From: Capsulimonadaceae bacterium
GTDB lineage: Bacteria > Armatimonadota > Armatimonadia > Armatimonadales > Capsulimonadaceae
NCBI GenBank assembly: GCA_965215505.1
Contig: OZ244065.1
Coordinates: 5,408,001 to 5,472,000, forward strand
DNA length: 64,000 bases
Direction: 5' to 3'
Each line of letters opens with the position of its first letter. Positions within the stretch are counted from its first letter, which is position 1. A program made the translations under genes and the position numbers. Below are positions 9,022-17,939 of the stretch, one piece after another. Below the pieces are notes generated by a model that saw only the letters and a list, made by a program, of their open reading frames with translations, did not search any database and was not told where the DNA came from.

Positions 9022-9900
9022 ATGAACATCCTCGCCAAGTTCAACCTGATGATGGTGACCGTCTTCACGCTCGGGCTGATCGCCGTGTGCCTAGTGACGA
9101 ACTCGCTGCTCGAAGGCAACGCCCAGCAGCAGGTCGTGGACAACGCGCGCATCATGATGGAGACCGCCCTCGCGATGCGCCAGTACACCAGCAAGCAGAT
9201 CAAGCCGCTGCTCGACGGCCAGAACGTACACGGGTTCCTGCCGCAGACCGTGCCCGCCTATGCGGCCACGCAGGGATTTAATGCATTACGCGAGAAGTAC
9301 CCCCAGTACACCTACAAAGAGGCGACGCTCGACCCAACCAACGTCCTGCAAGACAAGGCGACGGACTGGGAGGCGGACGTCGTCAGCCAGTTCAAAAACC
9401 AGGGGGAGACCAAGGAGATCATCGGCATCCGGCAGAGCGCGACCGGTCCGTCGCTCTACCTGAGCCACCCCATTCGGATCACCGACGCCGCCTGCCTGAC
9501 CTGCCACAGCACGCCGGCCGTCGCCCCCGCCTCCATGATCCAGAAGTACGGGCCGGACCACGGGTTCAACTGGCACCAGGGCGACGTGGTCGGGGCGCAG
9601 ATCGTCTCGGTCCCGATGTCGCTGCCCGAGGCCATGGCCCGGCGAGCCTTTCTGGCCGTACTCGGGTCGCTCGTCGCCGCCTTCGCCGTCACCCTGCTCC
9701 TGCTCAACGTCATGCTGACCCTGCTCGTCATCCGCCCGGTCACACGACTCGCGCGGGTCGCCGACCAGATCAGCCAGGGGAGCCGCGAGGTGGAGGACCT
9801 CCCGGTCCGGGGGCATGACGAGATCGCCGGGCTGGCCGTGTCCTTCAACCGGATGCAGCGCTCACTCAAGAAGGCCATGACGATGCTGGATGAGGTGTAG
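9022..9900 (+). CDS. Membrane sensor with periplasmic heme-c (DUF3365/Tll0287-like) domain and HAMP, no output domain
   Basis: TM helix, QTVPAYAAT/YKEATLDPTN blocks, CLTCH heme motif, second TM, HAMP (IRPVTRL...DEIAGLAVSFNRM), then stop. Confidence 0.9.
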   Translation: MNILAKFNLMMVTVFTLGLIAVCLVTNSLLEGNAQQQVVDNARIMMETALAMRQYTSKQIKPLLDGQNVHGFLPQTVPAYAATQGFNALREKYPQYTYKEATLDPTNVLQDKATDWEADVVSQFKNQGETKEIIGIRQSATGPSLYLSHPIRITDAACLTCHSTPAVAPASMIQKYGPDHGFNWHQGDVVGAQIVSVPMSLPEAMARRAFLAVLGSLVAAFAVTLLLLNVMLTLLVIRPVTRLARVADQISQGSREVEDLPVRGHDEIAGLAVSFNRMQRSLKKAMTMLDEV

Positions 9901-9908
9901 GGGGGAAG

Positions 9909-10832
9909 ATGACGCACCACGACGTTTTCATCAGCTACTCGACGCTCGACAAGCCGATCTCCGATGCCGTCTGCGCGGCCCTGGAAGGTCAAGGCATCCG
10001 GTGCTGGGTGGCCCCGCGCGACATCACGCCCGGCCAGGACTGGAGCGACGCCATCATTGACGCCATCGCGGACTGCCGCGTCTGCCTCCTGATCCTGTCC
10101 ACAGCCTCCAATCAGTCGGACCAGGTCAAGCGGGAGGTGCAGAACGCGGTGAGCGAGGCGAAGCCCATCCTACCGTTCCGCATCGAGGATGTCGCCCTGT
10201 CCAAGCACATGCGCTACTTCATCGGCACGCCGCACTGGCTGGACGCCCTGACGCCGCCGATGGAGCGCCACCTCCAGAGGATGGTGGAGACGGTGTCCGG
10301 ATTGATCGCCGCGCTCGACGACAAGGCGGGCGAGGCCGAACCGCCCCCCGCCCTGCCGCGCGCCTGTTTCCTCTGGGATGATGCGCGCCTCGCCCGCATC
10401 GAGGCCGAATTGCGCCAGTTCGTGGGGCCGCTGGGCCGCACCCTGGTCGCGGAAGCGGCGGTCGCTGCGAACGGCTACGAAGACCTGGGCCGCCGCCTGG
10501 CGGAACACATCCTGTCCGAACGGGAGCGCGCGACCTTCCTTGCCCGGTGTCAGGCCCTGACGCCCGCCGCCCCACCGCCCGCGTCTCGCCCGGCCCCGGA
10601 CGCTGAGGTCATCAGCCCCGAGGCCGTCGCCGCCGCCGAGAAGGCGCTGGCACATTACGTCGGCCCGCTGGCCCGAACGCTGGCGAAACGGGCGGCGCGC
10701 ACGGCGGCGGGGCCGGCCGAGTTCTACCGCCTGCTGGCGGATGAACTCCCCGCGCCCGCCGAGAAGGCCGCGTTTCTGGCTCAGTTCCAGGGCGGCAGGG
10801 GCGGCGGGGCGGCGGGCCGGGCGAACAGGTAG
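9909..10832 (+). CDS. TIR domain protein with two C-terminal helical repeats
   Basis: DVFISYS...CWVAPRDI...SDQVKREV; repeats LRQFVGPLGRTLV...ERATFL and LAHYVGPLARTLA...EKAAFL. Confidence 0.9.
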   Translation: MTHHDVFISYSTLDKPISDAVCAALEGQGIRCWVAPRDITPGQDWSDAIIDAIADCRVCLLILSTASNQSDQVKREVQNAVSEAKPILPFRIEDVALSKHMRYFIGTPHWLDALTPPMERHLQRMVETVSGLIAALDDKAGEAEPPPALPRACFLWDDARLARIEAELRQFVGPLGRTLVAEAAVAANGYEDLGRRLAEHILSERERATFLARCQALTPAAPPPASRPAPDAEVISPEAVAAAEKALAHYVGPLARTLAKRAARTAAGPAEFYRLLADELPAPAEKAAFLAQFQGGRGGGAAGRANR

Positions 10833-12010
10833 CCCTGCACGAAGTCCGCGCCGTTCGCCTTCGCCCATTCCCATTCTTCGCGGCGCTCGATGCCTTCCGC
10901 GACCGTTTTCAGCCCAAGCCCCTGCGCGGTTTCGAGCAGCTTCCGGGCGACCAGCGCCTTGTCCTTCTCACGGTCCACGCAGTCGAGTAGGGCGCGATCT
11001 ATCTTGACATAATCCGGGCGTAGTTCCAACAAAGCAGACAGCGAGGAGTAGCCTGCCCCCACGTCGTCGAGCGCGACACCGAAGCCGTTGTCGCGGTAGT
11101 ACCCCACAATCCTCTGCATCAGTGCCATTTCGGGTAGGTGTTCGCTCTCGATGATCTCGAACACGATGCGCCCACGCTCCAGCCCCAGCTCGTCCACCAT
11201 GCGGACCGTGCTGTTGAGACACGAGTGGGGCGAGTAGATCGCATTGGGCGTGAAATTAATGAATGTCTTAGCGGGGAGCCTGTGCTTCGCCGCCGAAACG
11301 ACGGCCGACCGGCGGGCGGCGAGGTCGAGCTGGAAGAGCAGGCCCGCCCCGTCCGCCAGGTCGAGCATCAGGCCGGGCGAAACCGCACTCCCCTCGACCT
11401 CGGCCCGCATCAGGCACTCATGCCCGTGCAGGATGGAAGGGTCCGTACAGTCCAGGATCGGCTGGAAGACCGAATACAGCCGCCCGCCGCGCAGGATGTC
11501 CAGCAGCCATTCGCTGCGTGCCTTGGCGGCGAAGTCGGGCAGCGAGTCGATCTCAAAGCGGTCGCCCCACTGTGGCAGCAGGCCGTCGGGCTGGAAGTGG
11601 GCGCGCGCGTCGCGCTGCTCGGTGGAAGAGAGCCTGGCTATGATCGGGGCCAGCAGCGGCGCGAGGCTTCCGCCCCCGACGCGGACGCGGATCGTCCCCT
11701 CCTGCTCCTGGTGGTCCCAGCGCGACTGGGTCAGAAACTCCAATATCTTGCCGAGCGAGTAGGTGTGAGGCAGACGTATTTCCAGGGTCCCCGGCCCCCG
11801 CAAGGGCGTGGGCAGCACCTCGCACCTTTGGCAGCCCGGCGCCCCTTCGGGGACGTCTTCCTCATTGGGCAGCGTCATCCCATGATAAACGCCCTCGAGT
11901 GCGTCCGCCTTCAACAGCTCCTCGGCGGGAGTGGTCGGTATGGCCGTCGGCACAGGGCCGTGCGTGTAAATGATCTTGTCCGCGTTCTTCCGATCGGGCA
12001 TCTCGCCCAT
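10781..12010 (-). CDS. EAL-domain c-di-GMP phosphodiesterase
   Basis: FQPI, ECLMR, FINF, FEIIE, ALDDVGAGYSSL, VKID, AEGIE, QGYLF. Confidence 0.9.
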   Translation of the reverse strand: MGEMPDRKNADKIIYTHGPVPTAIPTTPAEELLKADALEGVYHGMTLPNEEDVPEGAPGCQRCEVLPTPLRGPGTLEIRLPHTYSLGKILEFLTQSRWDHQEQEGTIRVRVGGGSLAPLLAPIIARLSSTEQRDARAHFQPDGLLPQWGDRFEIDSLPDFAAKARSEWLLDILRGGRLYSVFQPILDCTDPSILHGHECLMRAEVEGSAVSPGLMLDLADGAGLLFQLDLAARRSAVVSAAKHRLPAKTFINFTPNAIYSPHSCLNSTVRMVDELGLERGRIVFEIIESEHLPEMALMQRIVGYYRDNGFGVALDDVGAGYSSLSALLELRPDYVKIDRALLDCVDREKDKALVARKLLETAQGLGLKTVAEGIERREEWEWAKANGADFVQGYLFARPAAPPPLPPWN

Positions 12011-12095
12011 AATTTCGCACCCTTTTCCCTTCCTACGTCGGCCCTTCTACCCGTGAGAGCGCTTACGGTAAACATCCCGCCGGAGGTGCGGTGGG

Positions 12096-12124
12096 TTGAG
12101 TTTATGCCGGTTTTCTGATATACT
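12096..12124 (+). promoter_or_regulatory. Sigma70-type promoter of the M42 peptidase operon
   Basis: TTGAGT-N17-TATACT. Confidence 0.55.
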
Positions 12125-12153
12125 GAGGTTCTGGACTGAGAGGAATATGATCT

Positions 12154-13203
12154 ATGCCCATCAACTTTGACCTGCTGAAGCGGTTATGTGAGACGCCCGG
12201 CGTCCCCAGCCGCGAAGACCGGGTGCGCGACCTGGTGATCGAGGAGCTGCGGCCCCTGACCGACGAGATCAGCGTGGACACCATGGGCAGCGTCATCGCC
12301 GTCAAGAAGGGGGCGGGCGGGCCGCGCGTGATGCTGGCCGCCCACACCGACGAGATCGGGTTCCTGGTCAAGTTCGTGGAGGAAAAGGGCTTCCTGCGCG
12401 TGCAGCCGGTCGGCGGCTGGGACCCGCGCACGATGGTCGCCCAGCGCGTCCACGTCCACGGCTTCGGCGGCCAGACGCTGTTGGGGACCCTGATGCCCGC
12501 CGCCAAGCCCATCCACCTGCTGACGGCCGACGAGCTGAACAAGCCGCCCAAGATCGAGGAGTTCTTTGTGGACCTGGGCCTGCCAGGCGCGCAGGTCAAG
12601 GAACTCGTGGAGGTTGGCGACATGGTGACGATGGCCCGCACGACCGAGCGGGTGGGGGACATGGTAGTCAGTAAGTCTCTGGACGACCGCCTGAGCGTCT
12701 TTATCATGATCGAGGCGCTGCGGGCGGTCGGCCCGCACTCCGCCGAGATCATCGCGGTCGCCACGACCCAGGAAGAAGTCGGCCTGCGCGGGGCGACGAC
12801 GGCCGCCTACGCCTTGCAGCCCGACATCGGGATCGCCCTCGATGTCACCCTCGCCAATGATTTCCCCGGCGTGATGGACTACGACCAGGTGACCAGGCTG
12901 GGTAAGGGCTGCGCGCTCAAGATCATGGATTCGTCCATGCTCAGTCACCCCAAGCTAGTCCGCCACTTCCGCGACCTTGCCGAGAAGAACGACATCCCCT
13001 ACCAACTGGAGATCCTGGCGCGCGGCGGCACCGACGGCGGGGCGATGCAGCGGTCGCGGGCGGGTATCCCCACCTTCACCCTGTCCACGCCGACCCGCTA
13101 CATCCACACCGTCAATGAGATGGCCCACACCGCCGACATCGAGGGGGCGATCGCCCTGCTCGCTCGCTACCTGGAAGACGCGCACACGCGGGACTATCGC
13201 TGA
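12154..13203 (+). CDS. M42 family aminopeptidase
   Basis: AAHTDEIG, KSLDDR, QEEVGLRGA, GGTDG, RYIHT. Confidence 0.95.
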   Translation: MPINFDLLKRLCETPGVPSREDRVRDLVIEELRPLTDEISVDTMGSVIAVKKGAGGPRVMLAAHTDEIGFLVKFVEEKGFLRVQPVGGWDPRTMVAQRVHVHGFGGQTLLGTLMPAAKPIHLLTADELNKPPKIEEFFVDLGLPGAQVKELVEVGDMVTMARTTERVGDMVVSKSLDDRLSVFIMIEALRAVGPHSAEIIAVATTQEEVGLRGATTAAYALQPDIGIALDVTLANDFPGVMDYDQVTRLGKGCALKIMDSSMLSHPKLVRHFRDLAEKNDIPYQLEILARGGTDGGAMQRSRAGIPTFTLSTPTRYIHTVNEMAHTADIEGAIALLARYLEDAHTRDYR

Positions 13204-13206
13204 CCC

Positions 13207-14172
13207 ATGCCGCTCGCCCACACCAACCCGGTCTGGCCCGGCTACCTCGCCGACCCTTTCGTCCTGAGATACTCGGGCGAGTACTACGCTTACGGCACCG
13301 GCAGCGACGGCGGGGATCTCCTTCAGCCGGACGGCAACGTCTTCCCCGTCCTGCATTCCACTGATCTCGTGCGGTGGGAGCAGGTCGGGGGCGCGCTCCA
13401 TCCGCTGCCGGGTGCCGAGGCGTACTGGGCGCCCGAGGTCGCCGCGCGGGATGGGCGCTTCTACCTCTACTATTCGGCGGCGGGCGGAGACACGGACGAC
13501 ACCCACCGCCTGCGCGTCGCCGTGGCGGACCACCCCGCCGGCCCGTTCACCGACTCGGGTCGCCTGCTCCTGCCCGATGAGGGTTTCACGATAGATGCCC
13601 ACCCGTTCCAGGACCCCCAGGACGGACGCTGGTATATCTTCTTCGCCAAGGACTTCTTCGACGCCCGCGTCGGCACCGCCCTCGCCGCCGTGCCGCTGGC
13701 CGACGACATGCTCTCGGCATCGGGGCCGGTGACGACCATCCTGCGCCCCTCCGCCGACTGGCAGATCCACGCCCGCGACCGCGAGATTTACGGCCGGACG
13801 TGGGACGCCTGGCACACCGTCGAGGGCGCGTTCGTCGTCTTCTATGAGGGCCTCTACTATTTGTTCTACAGCGGAGGCGCGTGGCACACCTCCGAGTACG
13901 GCGTCGGCTACGCCGTCGCTGACTCCGTCCTGGGGCCGTACCGCGAGCCGGAAGCCGGGCCGGTCGTCCTGCGCGGCGTGCCGGATCATGTGCTGGGGCC
14001 GGGCCACAATTCGGTCGTCCTCGGCCCCGACGACCGGACGCCGTTCCTCGCCTATCATGCCTGGGACTTGGACCAAACGGCCCGCCGCCTGTGCCTGGAC
14101 CCGCTGGTCTGGACGGCGGACGGCCCGCGCTGCGCGGGGCCGACTTGGACTGAGCAGGTGATCAACCTTTGA
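13207..14172 (+). CDS. GH43 glycoside hydrolase
   Basis: ADPFVL, WAPEV, IDAHPF, VEGAF, GPGHNS. Confidence 0.9.
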   Translation: MPLAHTNPVWPGYLADPFVLRYSGEYYAYGTGSDGGDLLQPDGNVFPVLHSTDLVRWEQVGGALHPLPGAEAYWAPEVAARDGRFYLYYSAAGGDTDDTHRLRVAVADHPAGPFTDSGRLLLPDEGFTIDAHPFQDPQDGRWYIFFAKDFFDARVGTALAAVPLADDMLSASGPVTTILRPSADWQIHARDREIYGRTWDAWHTVEGAFVVFYEGLYYLFYSGGAWHTSEYGVGYAVADSVLGPYREPEAGPVVLRGVPDHVLGPGHNSVVLGPDDRTPFLAYHAWDLDQTARRLCLDPLVWTADGPRCAGPTWTEQVINL

Positions 14173-15377
14173 GTGAAAAAGACAACGTCAGCCCTGCCGC
14201 CGTGCTGGATGCGCTCTGGGCGGTCCTGAAGGATAATTACCCCGCCTTCGAGTTCGTCGTCGGGGCCACTGGGGATGCCTGGCGTGACGAGTTCCACGCC
14301 CGCCTCGCCGATGTGTCTTGCCTGCCGGACGCTTACCCGATCTTGGAGGAACTGGTCAACCGCTTCCACGACTACCACACGCAGCTTCACTGGCCGGACA
14401 AGCCTTTGTGCTACACGCCGATGGGTATTCGGCTGGGCTGGGTCGAAGGGGCAGTCGCCGTCACCCACGCCCTGACCCCCGCCGCGCTCCTGACGCCGGG
14501 TGACGTGCTGCTGACGGTTGACGGGGAAGACGCTGACCACCTCTATCGGCAGCGTCTCGCCGTCGCGCGGGGCGCGACACGGTACGCCCGCCAGTCCTGG
14601 GCCTGCGACAGCCTCCTGGAAGGCGATGCTGGAACGACGGTCAATGTCCGCGTCCGGCGCGGCGGCGAGACGCTGGAACTGGAATGCGCCCGCGCCATGC
14701 CGTCGCCGCGCGAGTCGCTCGCCTTTCTCATGCCCTCTGGCCTGCCCATCGAGGCGCGGCATGAGGCCGCTGATGTCGGCTGCATCCGCGTCCCGAGCTG
14801 GTCGGTTTCGGACGAGGCCGACCTGCTGGCCCGCTTCGATGCGGCCCTGGAAGAGTTCCGCGACCTGCCCTTCCTACTCATTGACGTGCGGGACAACCGG
14901 GGCGGCTCGGATGCCCTGGCCGACCAGGCGACGGGCCGGTTTCTCCGCGCCCCCATCGTCAGCAGCATCAGCTTCCACCGTGAGGCGGGCACGAACCGCT
15001 ACGAGAAGACGGTCGAGGTCGCCCACGCGCGCGGCCCGTGGCGCTATCCAGGCCGGGTCGCCGTGCTGACCAATGAAGATTGTGCAAGCGCCTGTGAACA
15101 CTTCGTCAGCGGGATGCGTGCCTCGGGCGCGGCCCTTCTAGTCGGGCGGCCCACGACGGGCGCGTGCGGATGGAGCAAGCGGGTTCCGCTGCCGGGCGGG
15201 GCGGCCCTCCGCTGCTCTTTGACCATCCCATTTCATGGCGCAGAGCCGTCGCCGCTGCACGGCATCGAGCCGGACCTGCTGGTCCTGCCGACCCTCGCCG
15301 CCCTCCGCGCCGGGCGCGATGTGGTGATCGAGCAGGCCGTCGCCGCCCTGCGCTCAGGAAGATCGGAGACAGAATGA
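14169..15377 (+). CDS. S41 family peptidase
   Basis: PDZ-like segment, IDVRDNRGG, ASACEHF, GRPTTGA, GIEPD. Confidence 0.85.
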   Translation: MSEKDNVSPAAVLDALWAVLKDNYPAFEFVVGATGDAWRDEFHARLADVSCLPDAYPILEELVNRFHDYHTQLHWPDKPLCYTPMGIRLGWVEGAVAVTHALTPAALLTPGDVLLTVDGEDADHLYRQRLAVARGATRYARQSWACDSLLEGDAGTTVNVRVRRGGETLELECARAMPSPRESLAFLMPSGLPIEARHEAADVGCIRVPSWSVSDEADLLARFDAALEEFRDLPFLLIDVRDNRGGSDALADQATGRFLRAPIVSSISFHREAGTNRYEKTVEVAHARGPWRYPGRVAVLTNEDCASACEHFVSGMRASGAALLVGRPTTGACGWSKRVPLPGGAALRCSLTIPFHGAEPSPLHGIEPDLLVLPTLAALRAGRDVVIEQAVAALRSGRSETE

Positions 15378-17077
15378 TGAACGAGTTTTCGCGCCGCGAG
15401 ATGCTGCGCCTGATCGGAGCGATGATGGCCCTTTCACCCGAGTTGCGCCTGGAAGCCGCCCCCACTACTGAGCCTTTCCCCGTCACCATCGGCATAGACG
15501 CGGGCAGGCCGCAAGGGCAGCTTAAGCCGATCTGGCGGTTCTTCGGCGGCGACGAGCCGAACTACTCTTATGCCAAGAACGGCGAGACGCTGCTGGCGCA
15601 TCTTGGTCAGATGGACCCGCACCACGTCTACTTCCGGACCCACAACCTTCTGACGACCGGTGACGGTACGCCCGCCCTGAAGTGGGGGTCTACCAACGCC
15701 TATACCGAGGACGCGCAGGGCAACCCCGTCTACGACTGGACGATCACGGACCGCATCTTTGAGGCAGGCCTGGCGCGCGGTGTCAAGCCCTACGTCCAGC
15801 TCGGGTTCATGCCCGAAGCCATGTCCACCAAGCCCCTCCCATACCAGCACCACTGGACGCCGCACGCGCGCTATGAGGAAATCTACACCGGCTGGGCCTA
15901 TCCGCCAAAGGACTACGCCAAGTGGGGCGAGCTGGCCTACCAGTGGACCAAGCACTGCGTTGGGAAGTGGGGGCGGGCCGAAGTCGAGACGTGGTACTGG
16001 GAAGTCTGGAACGAGCCGAACATCGGCTACTGGCAGGGGACGGCCGAAGACTACTTCAAGCTCTACGACTACGCCGTGGCCGGCGTCCGCCGCGCCCTGC
16101 CGACTGCCCGCGTCGGTGGGCCGGAGGTGGCGGGCGGGCCGGGCGGGGACTTCCTGCGCCGGTTCCTGGAACACTGCGCGCGCGGCGTCAACGCGGTTAC
16201 CGGGCAGACCGGCTCGCCGCTGGACTTCCTCTCGTTCCACGCCAAAGGGGCACCCAAGTTCGTGGACGATCACGTCCGCATGGGCATTTCTAATCAGCTC
16301 AACGACATTGACGCGGCCTGCGCGGTCATCGCGCGCTTCCCCGAGTTCAAAGACAAGCCCATCGTTATCGGCGAGTCCGACCCAGACGGCTGCGCCGCCT
16401 GCCAGGGGCCTCAACTCGGCTACCGCAATGGCACCCTGTACGCCTCCTACACGGCGGCGACGTTTGCCCGGAAGCAGGAGATCGCCGACAAGCACGGCGT
16501 CAATCTGGAGGGCGCGGTGACCTGGGCCTTCGAATTCGAAGACCAGCCCCTCTTCGCCGGGTTCCGCCAGCTCGCGAGCGGCGGCCTGGACCTGCCGGTC
16601 CTGAGCGTCTTCCGCATGCTCAACAAGATGCACGGGCGGCGATTGCAGGTCTCAAGCACGTCCGATGCGGGCACCGACGCCATTCGAAAGAGCGGCGTCC
16701 GCGCCGCGCCGGACGTGTCCGCCCTGGCCGCGCTGGACGCCAAGACAGTAACCGCGCTGGTCTGGCACTACCACGACGACGACATCCCCGGCCCGGACGC
16801 CGCCGTCGCCTTGACCCTCAGCGGTCTGCCCCACACCGGGCCGGCGACGCTGACGCAGTTCCGCATTGACGACGCCCACTCCAACGCTTTCACGGCCTGG
16901 AAGGCGATGGGATCGCCTGCGACGCCGACGCCGGATCAATACAAGGCGCTGGAAAAGGCCGGCCTGCTCGCGCGTTTCGCGGCACCGGAGAAGGTGCATG
17001 TGGCGGGCGGGGTGCTGGCAACGCAGTTGACACTGTCTCGGCAGTCGGTCGCGCTCCTCGTCCTGGAATGGGCGTAA
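15374..17077 (+). CDS. GH39 beta-xylosidase, Tat-exported
   Basis: SRREML signal, WEVWNEPN, DFLSFHAKG, IGESDPDGCAAC. Confidence 0.9.
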   Translation: MMNEFSRREMLRLIGAMMALSPELRLEAAPTTEPFPVTIGIDAGRPQGQLKPIWRFFGGDEPNYSYAKNGETLLAHLGQMDPHHVYFRTHNLLTTGDGTPALKWGSTNAYTEDAQGNPVYDWTITDRIFEAGLARGVKPYVQLGFMPEAMSTKPLPYQHHWTPHARYEEIYTGWAYPPKDYAKWGELAYQWTKHCVGKWGRAEVETWYWEVWNEPNIGYWQGTAEDYFKLYDYAVAGVRRALPTARVGGPEVAGGPGGDFLRRFLEHCARGVNAVTGQTGSPLDFLSFHAKGAPKFVDDHVRMGISNQLNDIDAACAVIARFPEFKDKPIVIGESDPDGCAACQGPQLGYRNGTLYASYTAATFARKQEIADKHGVNLEGAVTWAFEFEDQPLFAGFRQLASGGLDLPVLSVFRMLNKMHGRRLQVSSTSDAGTDAIRKSGVRAAPDVSALAALDAKTVTALVWHYHDDDIPGPDAAVALTLSGLPHTGPATLTQFRIDDAHSNAFTAWKAMGSPATPTPDQYKALEKAGLLARFAAPEKVHVAGGVLATQLTLSRQSVALLVLEWA

Positions 17078-17240
17078 AGTCATGCGTCCCGTCTGTGCGG
17101 GCGCGTCCCGCCTGGCCCTTCACGCGCGTCTCTCCCAACCACTTCGGGCAGCCCGTCGCGCCGCCCTGCGTCTTCGTGCAGGACGCCCCGCTGGGCGTTG
17201 AGGTCGTGGCACCGTTTTCAATAAGCAAGGGGGCAGAGTA

Positions 17241-17897
17241 TTGGACGAAAATGGGAGTGGGGCGGCGGACGAAGTCTCCACGGGATGGACCGCGACTGAC
17301 GGCCTCGTGACCGGCATGCTGTCGTCGGATGCCTCCACGCGCGAGGGGGAGTGGGCGGAAGCCCTTACCGGGGAGAAACTGGAGAGGAAGTTCCAGGCCG
17401 CCTGGCAGTTGTTTCAGAGCGTCGAGGCGCAGGTGCAGGTGGCAGACCGTAAGGTGCAGGCGATCTTCGCGGCGAACACGCTGCTGGTCGCTGCCGTTTC
17501 CTTCCAGAATCAGGGCATCATGCCGGCCCATGCCCACAACCTCAGCCTGTCGGCGGCGGTGGGTCTGGCCGCGCGCCTCCTCCTGCTGGCCTGCATCTGC
17601 GCCTCCTACCTTTCCGCCATTGTGGCCCTCTTCCCCCGCCTGCGCCCCGTAAAGACACGAACGCACTCGCTGCTCTTCTTCGGGGACATCGCCGCCCTGC
17701 CGGGGGCGGAGTTTGCGGAAACCTTCCTGGCGATGACGACGGCGGACAAGGTCCGGCAGGTCCTGCGTCAGACCCACGACGTCTCCCGCGTGGTCGCGGA
17801 GAAGTACAAGTGGACGCGCCGCTCCGGGACCGCCCTCGTCTTGTCTCTCCTGCTGTGGATCGTCGTCCAGGCCGTCACCATCCTCGCCGGGGCTTGA
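17241..17897 (+). CDS. Pycsar effector family membrane protein (DUF5706/PycTM-like)
   Basis: ADRK + TM, second TM, FPRL...SLLFFGDIA, VSRVVAEKY + C-terminal TM. Start uncertain. Confidence 0.8.
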   Translation: MDENGSGAADEVSTGWTATDGLVTGMLSSDASTREGEWAEALTGEKLERKFQAAWQLFQSVEAQVQVADRKVQAIFAANTLLVAAVSFQNQGIMPAHAHNLSLSAAVGLAARLLLLACICASYLSAIVALFPRLRPVKTRTHSLLFFGDIAALPGAEFAETFLAMTTADKVRQVLRQTHDVSRVVAEKYKWTRRSGTALVLSLLLWIVVQAVTILAGA

Positions 17898-17939
17898 CGG
17901 GCGGGTGCCCGACGTGAGTGGAGGGACGGCGGCTTTGCC

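Noticed and set aside
6614-17897. Calling the locus a canonical Pycsar or Thoeris system
   Set aside because: The effector is separated from the cyclase by unrelated catabolic genes, and the domain architectures differ from PycC and ThsA/ThsB.
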